Shown one piece after another: positions 19,013 to 30,088 of a stretch of 64,000 nucleotides of DNA. The translations under genes and the position numbers were made by a program. The stretch spans positions 201,785-265,784 of the forward strand of contig JAQWLM010000002.1 in assembly GCA_029247315.1 (NCBI GenBank), read 5' to 3'. The notes beneath the pieces are model-generated. The model saw only the letters and a program-made list of their open reading frames with translations. It was not told the DNA's origin and made no database searches. Position 1 is the first letter of the stretch, and every line of letters starts with the position of its first letter. The stretch comes from Verrucomicrobiota bacterium (lineage in GTDB: Bacteria > Verrucomicrobiota > Verrucomicrobiia > Limisphaerales > AAA164-E04).

Positions 19013-20182
19013 TTACATCGCCATGTTCACCATGGAACACAACTCATCAGTGCTGAGGGGAACGGGGTTGCCCTTCATGCTGCTGGCCTGTTCGGCTTTC
19101 CCCAGCAACTCAGATAAGGCATCAGACGTCATGCCGTGAGAAGACAGACTGGGAATCTTCAACTGCTCAACCGTTTCCCGCACCCAGTCCAGGGCATCTT
19201 CAAATCGAGCGTCCGGAGACTGCAGCATCAAACCCGCCAGTTCCTCGAACCTCAGATGACATGGATGCTGCGGGTATCTTTCCCGCAACACACGATGGTT
19301 GATTTCCAGAGAAGCAGGCAGAAGAGCGGCACAAACCGCACCATGCGGTGCCTCCGCAAACATGCCACCAAAGGGGCCCGCAATACCATGCACCGCTCCA
19401 AGGCCTGCGTTGGCAAGGGCAAGCCCCCCCAACAGGCTCGCCAGGGCCATATCGGCAAACGCTTTGCGATCACCATCCTGAGCATGAACCCTTCGTATGG
19501 AACGTACCACAAGTGGAATCCCCTGCCGACAAAACGCATCGGTAAGCGGATTGGCCTTACAGGATATAAAGGGCTCGATCAACTGTGTAAGCGCATCCAG
19601 CCCCGTGCATGCGGCAAGGGCTGGTGGACAGGAAACGGTCAGGGCCGGATCCACCAGCGCCAGGGTGGGCAACATCGATGGATGACGCATGCTGACCTTG
19701 AGCCGATGCTCATGGGAAGTCAGAACCGCATTGCGGGTCACCTCGGATCCAGTGCCAGCAGTCGTGGGGACGGCAACAAGCGGTAATCCGGGGCCCTCAA
19801 GGGGTTTTCCTCCACCAACAAGTTCCAGATGATCCGATACCTCGCCAGATTGCCGGGCCATGATGGCAATGGCTTTGGCGGCATCTATCACGCTCCCTCC
19901 GCCAAAACCAAGCAACCAATCAAATCCCTCACGAGCCCTGAGAACACCCTCCTGCACCTGTTCAATGGAGGGTTCACCGCGCACCTGAAAACAAGCCACT
20001 ACCTTTCCATGCGCCTTGAGACGATCGAGGCACGGCTGAACCCTTCCAAGCTTGCTGCCACAGACCACAAGCACCCGTTCACCATGGGAAGCCACCAGAT
20101 CCGGCAGTACATCTAACTGGTCCCAGCCAAATGCAATTCGGCCCGCCGTGGCAAACTCAAAGCGGTTTTCACCAGCCTCCAT
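19013..20182 (-). CDS. iron-containing (group III) alcohol dehydrogenase
   Basis: 389 aa. [18 protein letters not shown]-binding motif, [11 protein letters not shown], and a His-rich metal site (AVHGIAGP). Confidence 0.85.
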   Translation of the reverse strand: MEAGENRFEFATAGRIAFGWDQLDVLPDLVASHGERVLVVCGSKLGRVQPCLDRLKAHGKVVACFQVRGEPSIEQVQEGVLRAREGFDWLLGFGGGSVIDAAKAIAIMARQSGEVSDHLELVGGGKPLEGPGLPLVAVPTTAGTGSEVTRNAVLTSHEHRLKVSMRHPSMLPTLALVDPALTVSCPPALAACTGLDALTQLIEPFISCKANPLTDAFCRQGIPLVVRSIRRVHAQDGDRKAFADMALASLLGGLALANAGLGAVHGIAGPFGGMFAEAPHGAVCAALLPASLEINHRVLRERYPQHPCHLRFEELAGLMLQSPDARFEDALDWVRETVEQLKIPSLSSHGMTSDALSELLGKAEQASSMKGNPVPLSTDELCSMVNMAM

Positions 20183-20474
20183 CGTCAGGAAAACAGTTGT
20201 GGTATTTAATACTTTGACGAGGTTCGGCCATCATGCCGGCGACCGTCTCACGCCAGGCCATGTAATGCGACGTTTCCTTGTGGCGGAGAGGCGCCTCGGC
20301 ATCACGATAGACCTCCAGCAGGAGGAAGCGCCTGGGGTCGTCCTGCTGCTGAATGACATCAAACCGTGCCACGCCGTCTTCGTGAACACTCTTACGTGCA
20401 TTCTCCAGCGAGGCCGCCTTGAAGACTTCCTCCCGGCCCTCCTTGACATGAACAAAAACGTGTACAATCAACAT
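20169..20474 (-). CDS. antibiotic-biosynthesis-monooxygenase (ABM) domain protein
   Basis: About 101 aa from [18 protein letters not shown]. Ferredoxin-like ABM pattern ([22 protein letters not shown]). The 3' end overlaps the ADH start by 14 nt. Confidence 0.7.
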   Translation of the reverse strand: MLIVHVFVHVKEGREEVFKAASLENARKSVHEDGVARFDVIQQQDDPRRFLLLEVYRDAEAPLRHKETSHYMAWRETVAGMMAEPRQSIKYHNCFPDDGGW

Positions 20475-20515
20475 GGCTTGGAATCTATAGTTTGTTATAC
20501 CGCATGCCAAGCGCC

Positions 20516-23500
20516 TCAACGCCCCGTCTGCCTGATAAAAGCCACGATCGCAGCAAGTTCCTCGGGTTGAAGGATGTGGGCGAACTGGGCTGGCATGAGG
20601 GAAACCTTGTGGGTGCGCACACGCTCAATGTGTTTTTTCAGAAAGGTAAACTGCTCTCCCCCCGGAAAGCGCAGGGAGATACTGGTCGGAGATTCGCCGG
20701 CCATCAGTCCCATCACGTCGGCACCCTGCCGCATCTCAAGATGAATGGTTTCAAAACCCTCGGTGATGCTTGCATTGGGAAAAAGAATATCACGGGCAAT
20801 GATCTCTGGCGCGCGCTGAAACTCAGAGTCCAGATTGGGACCAGCGACACGACCCAGCCCGGCAGCCTGGTGGCAGGAAGCGCAGTGCTCAATGAAAAGC
20901 GCCTTGCCCTCGACAGGATCTACCTTGGATTCCAGCGCGGACAGATAGAGTGGCAGGCGTTCCTCGATACTTCGCAACGCAGTGGCATCCGGAGGCTCGG
21001 GTGCCTCCAAGGCAAAACGCTCCAGGCGATCCCGGGTATCCTGCAAGCCTGCGTCAAGGATTCGACTGTAAAGTTCCCTCTGAGGCCGTTTGGCAAGGTA
21101 CTGGACCGAGGCCTTGGCTTTGCGAATCTGGATGTCATTTCCCCTCGAGGCGAGCATCTCTGCAAGTAATTCAGCAAGCTCAGAGCCATCTCTCCGCTCC
21201 ACCAGCAACCTTGCAAGTAATCCTTCCTCCCTGAGGTAAACAGAGCTTGCAATCGCCAGATTCATCCAACGAAGCTTCCCATGCTGAAGGGAGAGGTAAG
21301 CAAGCGCATCCAGCGCTCCGGGGGTCCTGAAGGAACCGAGGCTGAGTGCCATCTGGAGCAACAAACGAGGTTCACTCCCATAATGGGAAATCTCAGAAAG
21401 CCATTCCGAGACAGCAAGCGCCTGAGGACTGTGTAATGGAAAGGCATCGCCTACCTGCAGGGCATGACGTTGGACAGACCAGTGCGGATGGGAAAGGGCA
21501 CTGCGTAATGCACCCTGGCCAAGGACCTTCAATCCCTGCAGGGTGTAGAGGGCATTGATCGAGGCCTCGGGGGAGCGATCCTTCTCCAGGTGCCCCATGA
21601 GCAGCGTCTGCATGTCGTCAGCACCACGCTCGATCAGTAAACGCCGAGCCGTCTCCCGCCGCCATGCATGAGGACTCCCCACATCAGCAACAAGTTGCGT
21701 GTTGAACAGATGGGACATGCGAATCACCGGGGTCTCCGGCGCTTCTTCATGGCTGAGTCTCCAAATACGCCCATGGTGCATTCCATTGGTAAGTCCGTAC
21801 TGCTGCTGGAGATAACGTGGGATCGCCGAATAATCCTCGATGATTTCCCGGTAAAAATCGGTGATATAGACAGCCCCGTCCGGACCATGCGTCAAATTCA
21901 TGGGATGAAACCACTGATCCGTAGAGGCCAGGAATTCTCGCTTCGACCGACCCGCCTGGAGGGTCTGGTAATGTTTCTCCAACACACTGAACTGCACGGC
22001 CGTCCAATCCTTCGCCACTACTTTCAGGACTTCACGCACGGAGTCGGGGATAAGGCTCGCCCGCATTTCAAAGTAAAAACCGCTGGTATTGGTCCCGTTG
22101 ACAATTTTCATCAGGAAGGTGTTGTCACCTTTCTTGAGGTTCAAGGTCGCAAATTCCTGATCGGCAGCCGCACCCCGGTTAACATTGTTCTCGAGCAGGA
22201 GCACGCCATTGAGCCAGCACTTGATTGCATCATTACTTCCAAGTGAGAGATGAATGGAAACATCCTCGTCACATGTCAGGATGCGACGCAGGTAGATGGC
22301 TGCGTTTTCAGGAAGGCCCAGGTCAATGATTTTTCCATCCTTGTAGTGATGCTTGTCTTCCCATCGCTTCCCATCGAGGTGCCCTTGAAAATCAATGGCC
22401 TTCTCGGGGCTGAAATGCTTTTCAAACAGGGTGTTTTTATCCTCTCCGAGCAGAGGACCGAGCTGTTGCCATACACTGGCGATGGGTAAGTTGGGTAACT
22501 TTCTGCCTTGCTCGGACATGGCCCAAGCCCTGACACTCTCCGGTTCAGGTGTGTTTCCCCCCTTGATGAGACGGAGTTCTGCTCCCTCCCATTGAGGCAC
22601 GGAATGATGGATGAGATTCTGGGCGGGCTCACATGAAAAGTTATGGCCACGGTAGGCCTCTGGAAATGCAACATCCCGATATATAAAAGGCGAACATGCA
22701 GAGGTGAAAAAACCACTGGGCGTGGATTCAGCCTTGCCATAGTGGTCTGTGTAATACTTGGAGAAACCCGGGTCATTCGCACGACGGGTTCGCCATGGAT
22801 GCGGTGCCGCCACCGGATAGGTGCTCTGGTAGTTGGCTGCATTGCGTTCTACCGAGGGAATGGAAAGTTCGGCGTTGCGCCCAAGATAGCGCCATGGAAG
22901 CGGAATCACCTGGTAACCAGGCGTGCCAGTACTGATGGTCAAACGGTCGCCTGCGGCCGTAAAGGTATGCCCGAAAGTGCCCGTACTGCCCGCAACGGGT
23001 TCGATGGCTGAGCCATCCGGTCGGATACGAAAGTCTGTACGCCCAAGGGCCACCGGCCCTTTCAGGTATGGCCCTGTGATCTGGTCAGCACGTCCACCGC
23101 CACCAATGTAAATCCAGTTATCAAGCCCCCACTGCGGTGCGTTGATCCGCCGTTCAAGAACACCCTCCTGAAAGCCAGTGAAGAGTCGTTCACGCACGTC
23201 AGCGATTCCATCGCTGTCAAGGTCGGCCAGATAATAGATGTGAGGCGCACAGACGACAATGATGCCTTTCCTGGAAGGCACCATTCCAAAACATGGAGGC
23301 AATCCCTCAGCAAAGACACTCGCTCTGTCCATGCGACCATCACCATCCTCATCGGTCAACTGCTTGATCACCCCGTAGGTGCCGGCTTCCGCATCCTTCT
23401 TTGCCTGTTCGTTGGCCTGAATGCGGCGAACGACACGATCCAGTTTGCCCGACTTGTTCAGGGCATCAATGTCATATTGGCCTTCAAGGTTGTAACCATG

Positions 23501-23749
23501 CAGTTCGCTGACATACATCCTGCCATCAGCATCCCAACAGACCCCGGAGGGTTCCTGAATCAAGGGCTCTGCGGCGACCAGATCAACATGAAACCCATCA
23601 GGCACCTGAAAGGAGCGTGCGCTTTCTTCGGGTGAAAGAGGCTTGGGACCATCGGTCGCAAACTCGATCTCGCCGAGCAGTGTCGTGCCACCCTGAAACA
23701 TCAGCAGCAGCAGAGCGATAGCGTAAGCAGTCCCGGTAGTTGGTAGCAT
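20516..23749 (-). CDS. PVC-type membrane-bound dehydrogenase domain / HEAT-repeat / c-type cytochrome fusion protein
   Basis: 1077 aa. N-terminal [36 protein letters not shown] (beta-propeller dehydrogenase-like), a central beta-sandwich, HEAT-like helical repeats, and a C-terminal CASCHQ haem c motif. Confidence 0.8.
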   Translation of the reverse strand: MLPTTGTAYAIALLLLMFQGGTTLLGEIEFATDGPKPLSPEESARSFQVPDGFHVDLVAAEPLIQEPSGVCWDADGRMYVSELHGYNLEGQYDIDALNKSGKLDRVVRRIQANEQAKKDAEAGTYGVIKQLTDEDGDGRMDRASVFAEGLPPCFGMVPSRKGIIVVCAPHIYYLADLDSDGIADVRERLFTGFQEGVLERRINAPQWGLDNWIYIGGGGRADQITGPYLKGPVALGRTDFRIRPDGSAIEPVAGSTGTFGHTFTAAGDRLTISTGTPGYQVIPLPWRYLGRNAELSIPSVERNAANYQSTYPVAAPHPWRTRRANDPGFSKYYTDHYGKAESTPSGFFTSACSPFIYRDVAFPEAYRGHNFSCEPAQNLIHHSVPQWEGAELRLIKGGNTPEPESVRAWAMSEQGRKLPNLPIASVWQQLGPLLGEDKNTLFEKHFSPEKAIDFQGHLDGKRWEDKHHYKDGKIIDLGLPENAAIYLRRILTCDEDVSIHLSLGSNDAIKCWLNGVLLLENNVNRGAAADQEFATLNLKKGDNTFLMKIVNGTNTSGFYFEMRASLIPDSVREVLKVVAKDWTAVQFSVLEKHYQTLQAGRSKREFLASTDQWFHPMNLTHGPDGAVYITDFYREIIEDYSAIPRYLQQQYGLTNGMHHGRIWRLSHEEAPETPVIRMSHLFNTQLVADVGSPHAWRRETARRLLIERGADDMQTLLMGHLEKDRSPEASINALYTLQGLKVLGQGALRSALSHPHWSVQRHALQVGDAFPLHSPQALAVSEWLSEISHYGSEPRLLLQMALSLGSFRTPGALDALAYLSLQHGKLRWMNLAIASSVYLREEGLLARLLVERRDGSELAELLAEMLASRGNDIQIRKAKASVQYLAKRPQRELYSRILDAGLQDTRDRLERFALEAPEPPDATALRSIEERLPLYLSALESKVDPVEGKALFIEHCASCHQAAGLGRVAGPNLDSEFQRAPEIIARDILFPNASITEGFETIHLEMRQGADVMGLMAGESPTSISLRFPGGEQFTFLKKHIERVRTHKVSLMPAQFAHILQPEELAAIVAFIRQTGR

Positions 23750-23843
23750 GATCCCATGCTACAGTACATGCAGATGGAAGCAAGCCATCCAGAGGCAAAT
23801 GGGATCATCAGCAGGGCGGATGCATGAAGGACAAAAACCGCCC

Positions 23844-24707
23844 CTATAGGTGACGCTGCAGAATCGGGCCCAGCTTTTGGATGGTGGCTTCAGGCCAACA
23901 ACTTCTGTCGGTAAGTATGGCATTGTCCAGTGCACCATGAGCGGGCCACTTGGCGATCTCGGGAATACGAGGAATCACCGCACGCACCAATCGGCGCGCC
24001 GTCGAAGCATTCCGTTGGAGGTATTCGATCACCTGCTCCACGGTGACATGATCGTGGTCCTCATTCCAGGCATCATAATCCGTGACCATCGCCATGGTCG
24101 CATAAGCGATCTCGGCTTCACGAGCACACTTGGCCTCTCCAAGGTTGGTCATGCCAATGACCGCATGACCCGCTTGATGATTGGCCATTGACTCCGCCTT
24201 GGTGCTGAAGGCCGGACCCTCCATGTTCACATAGGTACCCCCATCGTGAGAGCGGATTTCAAGCTCTCGGGCCGCCTCCAGGAGTATCTGGCGCAATGCC
24301 TCGCAGATGGGATTTGCAAAGGCGATGTGCGCCACGATGCCGTTACCGAAAAAAGTATGCTGCAGGGATTGCTTGGTGCGATCCATGAACTGATCAATGA
24401 AAACAATATCGCAGGGTCGATACTGCGCCTGCAGGGACCCGACCGCACTGACACTCAGGATCCACTGCACCCCGACTTGCTTCATGGCCCAGAGGTTGGC
24501 ACGATGGTTGAGTTCACTGGGAAGTAAGCGATGCCCTCGACCATGCCGTGGTAGAAAGGCAAGCTCCCTGCCGTCGAGTTCACCTAATAACAATGCATCT
24601 GAAGGGCTGCCAAACGGCGTTTCCACCTCCTTCCATCTCTGTTGGGTAAGCCCCTCGATCTCGTAGATACCACTGCCGCCGATGATGCCAATCCGATGCC
24701 CACTCAT
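23844..24707 (-). CDS. mtnP: S-methyl-5'-thioadenosine phosphorylase
   Basis: 287 aa. IGIIGGSGIYEIEGL, ETPFGSPSD, FLPRHGRGHRLLPSELNHRANLWAMKQVGV, AVIGMTNLGEAKCAREAEI. Confidence 0.9.
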   Translation of the reverse strand: MSGHRIGIIGGSGIYEIEGLTQQRWKEVETPFGSPSDALLLGELDGRELAFLPRHGRGHRLLPSELNHRANLWAMKQVGVQWILSVSAVGSLQAQYRPCDIVFIDQFMDRTKQSLQHTFFGNGIVAHIAFANPICEALRQILLEAARELEIRSHDGGTYVNMEGPAFSTKAESMANHQAGHAVIGMTNLGEAKCAREAEIAYATMAMVTDYDAWNEDHDHVTVEQVIEYLQRNASTARRLVRAVIPRIPEIAKWPAHGALDNAILTDRSCWPEATIQKLGPILQRHL

Positions 24708-24794
24708 GTGGACATTATGAGTTGAAGCAGAGACAATACAAATGAAAACAACAGGTTCAGATGCATGTTGAAAAAAATATTTTCGACAAAAACC

Positions 24795-25640
24795 TTAGAT
24801 CTTGCTGAAAAACTTCCAGATCAATGCTGCCACACCGACACCCAGTTCCTCATGACCTGGAATACGGTGTCCAAAACCCTCAATCTTGATATGCCATACC
24901 TCGTTACCATGCATTCCACCCTCGTAGAAATGAGCCCGAGTCCGTCCCGATAATTGGACCACTCGTTCCGTTTGGGTACGGTTGAGAGCCGTCCAGAACT
25001 GAATCATCTCATCCTGGTTGGGTGCCCCGCCCCAGCCACCCGCAGGAGACAGGCTGCCATCATAGGGCACCACCTCGTCAGCCATGCCTGATATCTGCAT
25101 GATGGGGGCAGGTCGTATCGACTCACGCGCTTGCCAGCTTGCCCCACTCATCGTTCCAATCACGGATGCAGCCCCGCGAAAAACCCCAGGTTTCTCCGCA
25201 ACCAGGGTGTAGCTCATGAAGCCCCCATTTGAAACACCGCATGCAAACGTCTTTTCCGCATGCAAGCCATGCGTCTCCTGAAGATGCACTGCAAGCTCAG
25301 ACAGAAAACCGATGTCGTCTGTGACGCTGATCTTGAGACGGGCGTTCCAATGGGAAATACCCTCGTTGTCGTGCGCACCCTGCGGGTAACAAACGGCAAA
25401 ACCATGCTTATCGGCCAGTTGATTCAGCCCAAGTTCTCCCATGTAGTCTTGCGCATTCCCTCGATAGCCGTGCAGAACAAATACCAATGGCGCACCGGAG
25501 CTTGGTCCCCCAGGAAGATGCAGAAGATACTTTCTGTCCGTTTTCTTGTGTTTGAATGTCATGAATTTTCCAGGAATCTGCTCGGAATGCACACCAAGGA
25601 TAGCCAGGTAGAACCCAAGGCAACATAGAAAATATCTCAT
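24795..25640 (-). CDS. secreted alpha/beta-hydrolase esterase (PHB-depolymerase/LpqC-like)
   Basis: Signal peptide MRYFLCCLGFYLAILG. LVFVLHGYRGNAQDY. Nucleophile elbow GVSNGGFMSY. ATG 25640 is preferred over the upstream ATG at 25736. Confidence 0.7.
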   Translation of the reverse strand: MRYFLCCLGFYLAILGVHSEQIPGKFMTFKHKKTDRKYLLHLPGGPSSGAPLVFVLHGYRGNAQDYMGELGLNQLADKHGFAVCYPQGAHDNEGISHWNARLKISVTDDIGFLSELAVHLQETHGLHAEKTFACGVSNGGFMSYTLVAEKPGVFRGAASVIGTMSGASWQARESIRPAPIMQISGMADEVVPYDGSLSPAGGWGGAPNQDEMIQFWTALNRTQTERVVQLSGRTRAHFYEGGMHGNEVWHIKIEGFGHRIPGHEELGVGVAALIWKFFSKI

Positions 25641-25774
25641 GGAGAATTCGGTAACATACCGAAGGGGATTGTCAATGCATCGAAAATGAAGCAGGCCCTC
25701 ATGCGAATGCCCTGGCCTCCGAAAGCTTACCTTCAATTAAGGAAGAACATGGACAGGAATGCCCTGGCTGGGGC

Positions 25775-26515
25775 ATGGTGGGATCCATGAGATTCAGAAG
25801 TATGCCAACATCTTTTTTCCTGAAGCTTTTCCTGGTGATCTTTTCTTTGTGTAATGCCACGCCAAGGATGACATCACAGGCACTCACGGAGGAAAAGAGT
25901 GTCAATCCCGGCATCAACGATAATTTCATGGCTGCCGAGCTTAATGTCAGTGAATGGGTCGAGCGCTTCGAACGTGAAGGGCGTGAGGTCTATGATCAGC
26001 GCATGGACATCGTCAGTGCCATTGGACTTGGACCCGGCCAGGACATCGCAGACATAGGTGCTGGAACCGGGCTTTTTACCGGGCTCTTTTCAGATGCCGT
26101 GGGCAAGGATGGTAAGGTCTATGCCGTCGATATCGTCCCTGTCTTTCTCTCCAACATTCTCAAGCGGGCCAAGGAAACCGGACGCACCAATATCAAAACT
26201 GTCTTGGGAACGTCAAAATCCACCCGTCTTCCAAACAAATCGATAGACAAGGTGTTCATTTGCGATACCTACCATCACTTTGAATTCCCAGCGAACACCC
26301 TTGCCTCCATCTCCCGGGCCCTGCGATCGGGTGGAGAAATCATCCTGATCGATTTCAAGCGCGAGGAGGGCGAAAGCTCAGACTGGATCCTCAAACACGT
26401 TCGAGCCGGGGAACCGGTCTTCACTGCCGAAATCGAGGCAGCGGGCTTTGAAAAAATTGCATCATACAAGTTACTCAAGGACAATTACATCCTACGGTTC
26501 CGCAAGCGAAACTAG
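25775..26515 (+). CDS. class I SAM-dependent methyltransferase with N-terminal hydrophobic anchor/signal
   Basis: 246 aa. Motif I IADIGAGTGLFTG and post-I YAVDI. N-terminal SFFLKLFLVIFSLCNA. Confidence 0.8.
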   Translation: MVGSMRFRSMPTSFFLKLFLVIFSLCNATPRMTSQALTEEKSVNPGINDNFMAAELNVSEWVERFEREGREVYDQRMDIVSAIGLGPGQDIADIGAGTGLFTGLFSDAVGKDGKVYAVDIVPVFLSNILKRAKETGRTNIKTVLGTSKSTRLPNKSIDKVFICDTYHHFEFPANTLASISRALRSGGEIILIDFKREEGESSDWILKHVRAGEPVFTAEIEAAGFEKIASYKLLKDNYILRFRKRN

Positions 26516-26810
26516 CAGGACCCCACTGGGGACACCTTCCCCAGCCGATAGAAGGGAAAGGTCCATGCACCCACCCCACGAAGACTTCTCAGTGGTTCCG
26601 CATGCCTGTCATAGACACACTCGTTGGGTGAGCGAGCCATTGGAGGCTTTCTTCAATGCGCACCTGAACTGGTCCTTGATTCAGCCCACAAAGTAGACCA
26701 TGTTTCCGGCCATGGAAAAAACGATATTCAAAGGGCTTTCGATATCACGCCCGGTCGGAAACCATCCAACCGATCACCCCTGAGACCTCCACTGTAGGGT
26801 CGCCCTTGGC

Positions 26811-29531
26811 ATGCCGCGCCGATCATCCCAATCCAGTTCCAGAAACGTCATCCGCATCTCGGGTGCGCGGGAGCACAATCTCAAGGATATTTCCCTGGAA
26901 ATCCCGCGGGATCAATTTGTGGTCGTGACGGGTGTGAGCGGTTCCGGAAAGAGCAGCCTTGCATTTGACATTCTCTTTTCAGAGGGACAACGACGCTTTC
27001 TGGATTCGATGAACGCCTACGCCCGGCAATTCGTGGAGCAGATGGCCCGACCAGAGGTGGATCGGATTGAAGGACTGCCACCCACTGTCAGTATCGAACA
27101 ACGCAACTCACAGGGCGGAGGAAAGAGCACGGTAGGCACGGTGACTGAAATCCACCAATTCCTGCGACTGATGTTCGCAAGACTGGGAACCCCTTACTGC
27201 CCAAAATGTAACCTACCTGCCGTGGGTCAAACTCCCGATGCCATCGTAAGCACACTCGAGCATCAAGCGCGACATCGGGGGAAACTCCACATCCTGGCGC
27301 CGATGATCCGTAATCGGAAAGGGTTTCACAGCGAGGTGGCAGCATGGGCCATGAAACGGGGTTTCAAGCGCCTGCGCGCAGACGGTCAATGGCATCGTGC
27401 CGAACAGCCCTTCAAACTTGACCGTTACAGAGAACACGATGTGGAGGTGGAAATCGGCATCCTTAAAACCGGCAAAGGAGCTGTAAAGGCCACGCATCGT
27501 CGATCCATTGAACAGGGACTGGAACTGGGAAAAGGCATCCTTTATGCACTGGACGAAAAGAATCATCTCACCATGCACTCGACCAAGCAGGCGTGCCCAT
27601 CCTGTGGCTATTCCATGCCACCACTGGATCCCAAACTGTTCTCCTATCATTCTTCAAGGGGATGGTGTCCTGAGTGCCGAGGTTTTGGAGAGCTTTTCCA
27701 CCTTCCAGAGATCGAACACGGGAAGGATGGTGATGCTGTTGAGGAATCCTGGTTTTATTGCCAGGAGGGTAAACGGGAACCCTGCACTTCCTGCTGCGGA
27801 GCCCGGCTGAACCCCGTGGCCCGGTCCGTAAGATTGGCACTTAGCGGGTATCCGAAGCAGGACAAAAGCTGCCCATTCCACCTTGATGCACCCACCATTG
27901 AATCCTTTTCCAAGCTGACAGTAAAGGACGCCCTGGCCTTGTTCCGAGGCATTCGATTGAAAGGTCGGGAAAAGGAGATCGCACGGGATATTCTGCCGGA
28001 AATCAGGGAACGCCTGTTTTTCCTGAGGGAAGTCGGACTGGATTACATGCAACTGGGTCGTAGCGTCCCCACGCTCTCGGGTGGTGAAAACCAGCGCATC
28101 CGGCTAGCCGCCCAGTTGGGTTCCACCCTTTCAGGAGTGCTCTATGTGTTGGACGAACCCACTATCGGACTGCATGCCCGGGACAACGAACAACTCCTCC
28201 ATGCATTGAAGGCGCTACGTGCCAGGGGTAATTCACTGATCGTCGTCGAACACGATGAAGATACCATGCGGGCAGCAGACCACATCATCGACCTTGGCCC
28301 CGGTGCAGGGGTACAGGGGGGTCAGGTGGTCGCAACTGGCACACTGAAACAGCTGGAGAATAATCCCACATCCATCACGGGACAAGCCCTCAAGGAATCA
28401 CGCACATACCCCATGCAGGGGCAGCGACGGCCAGTCAAGCTTCCGGCCCTTGCAGGAAAGCAGAAACGCGGAAAAGCGAGTTCAAAAAAACGAGCCACCG
28501 ATACACCCTGCATGACCCTGCAGCACGTACGACACAATAATATCAAGAACCTGAACGCACACTTTCCCCTCAACCGCTTCATCTTGGTTACCGGGGTGAG
28601 TGGATCCGGTAAAAGCAGCCTGGTCAGGGAATGCCTGGCTCCGATGGCCAAGGCAGCGGTAAGCGCCGGAGGTAGGATTCAACGGGAGGGCATGATCCTT
28701 GAAGGTCTGCAGTCCCTGACGGCTGTTCACGAAGTGGATCAATCCCCTATCGGTCGCACACCTCGCTCCACACCTGGCACTTACGTCGGTTTTTTTGACA
28801 CAATCCGAAAGCTCTTTGCGCAGACACCAGAAGCACGCATGCGGGGTTACCTCCCAGGGCGCTTTTCATTCAACAGCAAGTCGGGTCGTTGTCCGGCATG
28901 CGATGGGATGGGGGCCATCAAGATGGAAATGAACTTTCTTCCCCCTACCTACGCGCTCTGTGAAACGTGCCAGCAAAGCCGCTTTAACCCAGAGACACTG
29001 GATATCCTTTACAAGGATAAGAACATTGCCCAGGTGCTGGCCCTGAGCGTGGCGGAAGGCATTGATTTCTTTGCTGCTGTCCCCAAGGTACGTCGTGCCC
29101 TGGAGGCCCTTCGAGATACCGGCCTGGATTACCTCAGTCTGGGACAGACAAGCCCAACCCTTAGCGGTGGAGAGGCACAGAGACTCAAACTCGTCACCCA
29201 CCTGTTGAGCGGACTCAAGCCCGGAAAAGATACCTTGAGATCCCGTCGACAGGATAAGTTGTTCATCCTCGAAGAACCGACCATCGGACTGCATCATGCC
29301 GACGTCCGAAAATTGGTAGGGGTCCTGCACCGTCTGGTGGACGGAGGTCACACGGTGATTGTCATTGAACACCAGCTCGAATTGGTCGCCGAGGCGGACT
29401 GGGTGTTGGACCTTGGACCGGAGGGGGGAGAGGGTGGAGGCGAAATCGTCGTGCAGGGAACACCCGAAAAAGTTGCTGCTTGCCGACGCAGTCACACCGG
29501 TCGGTTCCTGAAGAAAATTTTGAAGAGGTAG
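26811..29531 (+). CDS. uvrA: UvrA-family excinuclease ABC subunit A (divergent)
   Basis: 906 aa. Two ABC modules (GVSGSGKSSLAFD and GVSGSGKSSLVRE; LSGGENQR and LSGGEAQR). Zn modules CPKC...CPSC, CPEC and CPAC...CETC. Confidence 0.85.
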   Translation: MPRRSSQSSSRNVIRISGAREHNLKDISLEIPRDQFVVVTGVSGSGKSSLAFDILFSEGQRRFLDSMNAYARQFVEQMARPEVDRIEGLPPTVSIEQRNSQGGGKSTVGTVTEIHQFLRLMFARLGTPYCPKCNLPAVGQTPDAIVSTLEHQARHRGKLHILAPMIRNRKGFHSEVAAWAMKRGFKRLRADGQWHRAEQPFKLDRYREHDVEVEIGILKTGKGAVKATHRRSIEQGLELGKGILYALDEKNHLTMHSTKQACPSCGYSMPPLDPKLFSYHSSRGWCPECRGFGELFHLPEIEHGKDGDAVEESWFYCQEGKREPCTSCCGARLNPVARSVRLALSGYPKQDKSCPFHLDAPTIESFSKLTVKDALALFRGIRLKGREKEIARDILPEIRERLFFLREVGLDYMQLGRSVPTLSGGENQRIRLAAQLGSTLSGVLYVLDEPTIGLHARDNEQLLHALKALRARGNSLIVVEHDEDTMRAADHIIDLGPGAGVQGGQVVATGTLKQLENNPTSITGQALKESRTYPMQGQRRPVKLPALAGKQKRGKASSKKRATDTPCMTLQHVRHNNIKNLNAHFPLNRFILVTGVSGSGKSSLVRECLAPMAKAAVSAGGRIQREGMILEGLQSLTAVHEVDQSPIGRTPRSTPGTYVGFFDTIRKLFAQTPEARMRGYLPGRFSFNSKSGRCPACDGMGAIKMEMNFLPPTYALCETCQQSRFNPETLDILYKDKNIAQVLALSVAEGIDFFAAVPKVRRALEALRDTGLDYLSLGQTSPTLSGGEAQRLKLVTHLLSGLKPGKDTLRSRRQDKLFILEEPTIGLHHADVRKLVGVLHRLVDGGHTVIVIEHQLELVAEADWVLDLGPEGGEGGGEIVVQGTPEKVAACRRSHTGRFLKKILKR

Positions 29532-29621
29532 GACGTTTCTGATCAAGGGATTCTGGGTCGACTGTCTTCAACCCAGAAAAAGCTTTTCACTTGGCTCAGA
29601 GCCATTACCGTGTATCGCCCT

Positions 29622-30038
29622 ATGGAACGAACGGTAGTTTTGTTGAAGCCTGATTGTGTTCAGAAAAAAATCATGGGGGAAGTCATCAAGCGATTCGAGG
29701 GTGAAGGCTTTCGCGTTGTGGGCTGCAAGATGGCACAACTGGATGAAAGCACACTTCGAGCGCACTATGCTCATTTAACGGAACTTCCTTTTTTCCCTGA
29801 AATTCTCGGGTTCATGCAAAGTTCCCCCATCCTGGCTCTATCACTTGAGGGAGAATCCGTCATCATGAAGGTCCGGGAGCTCATTGGCCCGACCGATTCC
29901 GCCAAGGCCGAGAAGGGCACCGTCCGCGGAGATCTCGGTGAGGATAAAATGCGCAATGTGGTGCATGCCTCCGATTCGAGAGAGGCAGCGGAAGCAGAGT
30001 TGGGAAGATTTTTCAAGCCCGAGGAACTCATGGTGTAG
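29622..30038 (+). CDS. ndk: nucleoside-diphosphate kinase
   Basis: MERTVVLLKPDCVQ, active-site NVVHASDS. ATG 29622 is preferred over GTG 29610. Confidence 0.95.
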   Translation: MERTVVLLKPDCVQKKIMGEVIKRFEGEGFRVVGCKMAQLDESTLRAHYAHLTELPFFPEILGFMQSSPILALSLEGESVIMKVRELIGPTDSAKAEKGTVRGDLGEDKMRNVVHASDSREAAEAELGRFFKPEELMV

Positions 30039-30088
30039 GAACGCAGGAGCTCAAAAAGATAACAAACGTCTTTGCAGCCCGACGTCAG

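Noticed and set aside
23750-23843. ggcgg...ccgcc inverted repeat between mtnP and the PVC haem protein gene as a terminator or riboswitch.
   Set aside because: It has a 5-bp stem with an 18-nt loop, no T-run, and is too short for a known riboswitch class.
26811-29531. Calling the UvrA homologue a class II UvrA lacking the UvrB-binding domain.
   Set aside because: About 130 aa are present between the first Zn-module halves (CPKC...CPSC), so a domain occupies that position. Its length is only slightly below the canonical one. This cannot be decided without an alignment.
29551-29590. Hairpin ttctgggt-12 nt-acccagaa after uvrA as a terminator.
   Set aside because: The stem is only 8 bp and AT-containing, and it is followed by AAAGCTTTT rather than a clean T-run. 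The evidence is too weak to annotate.
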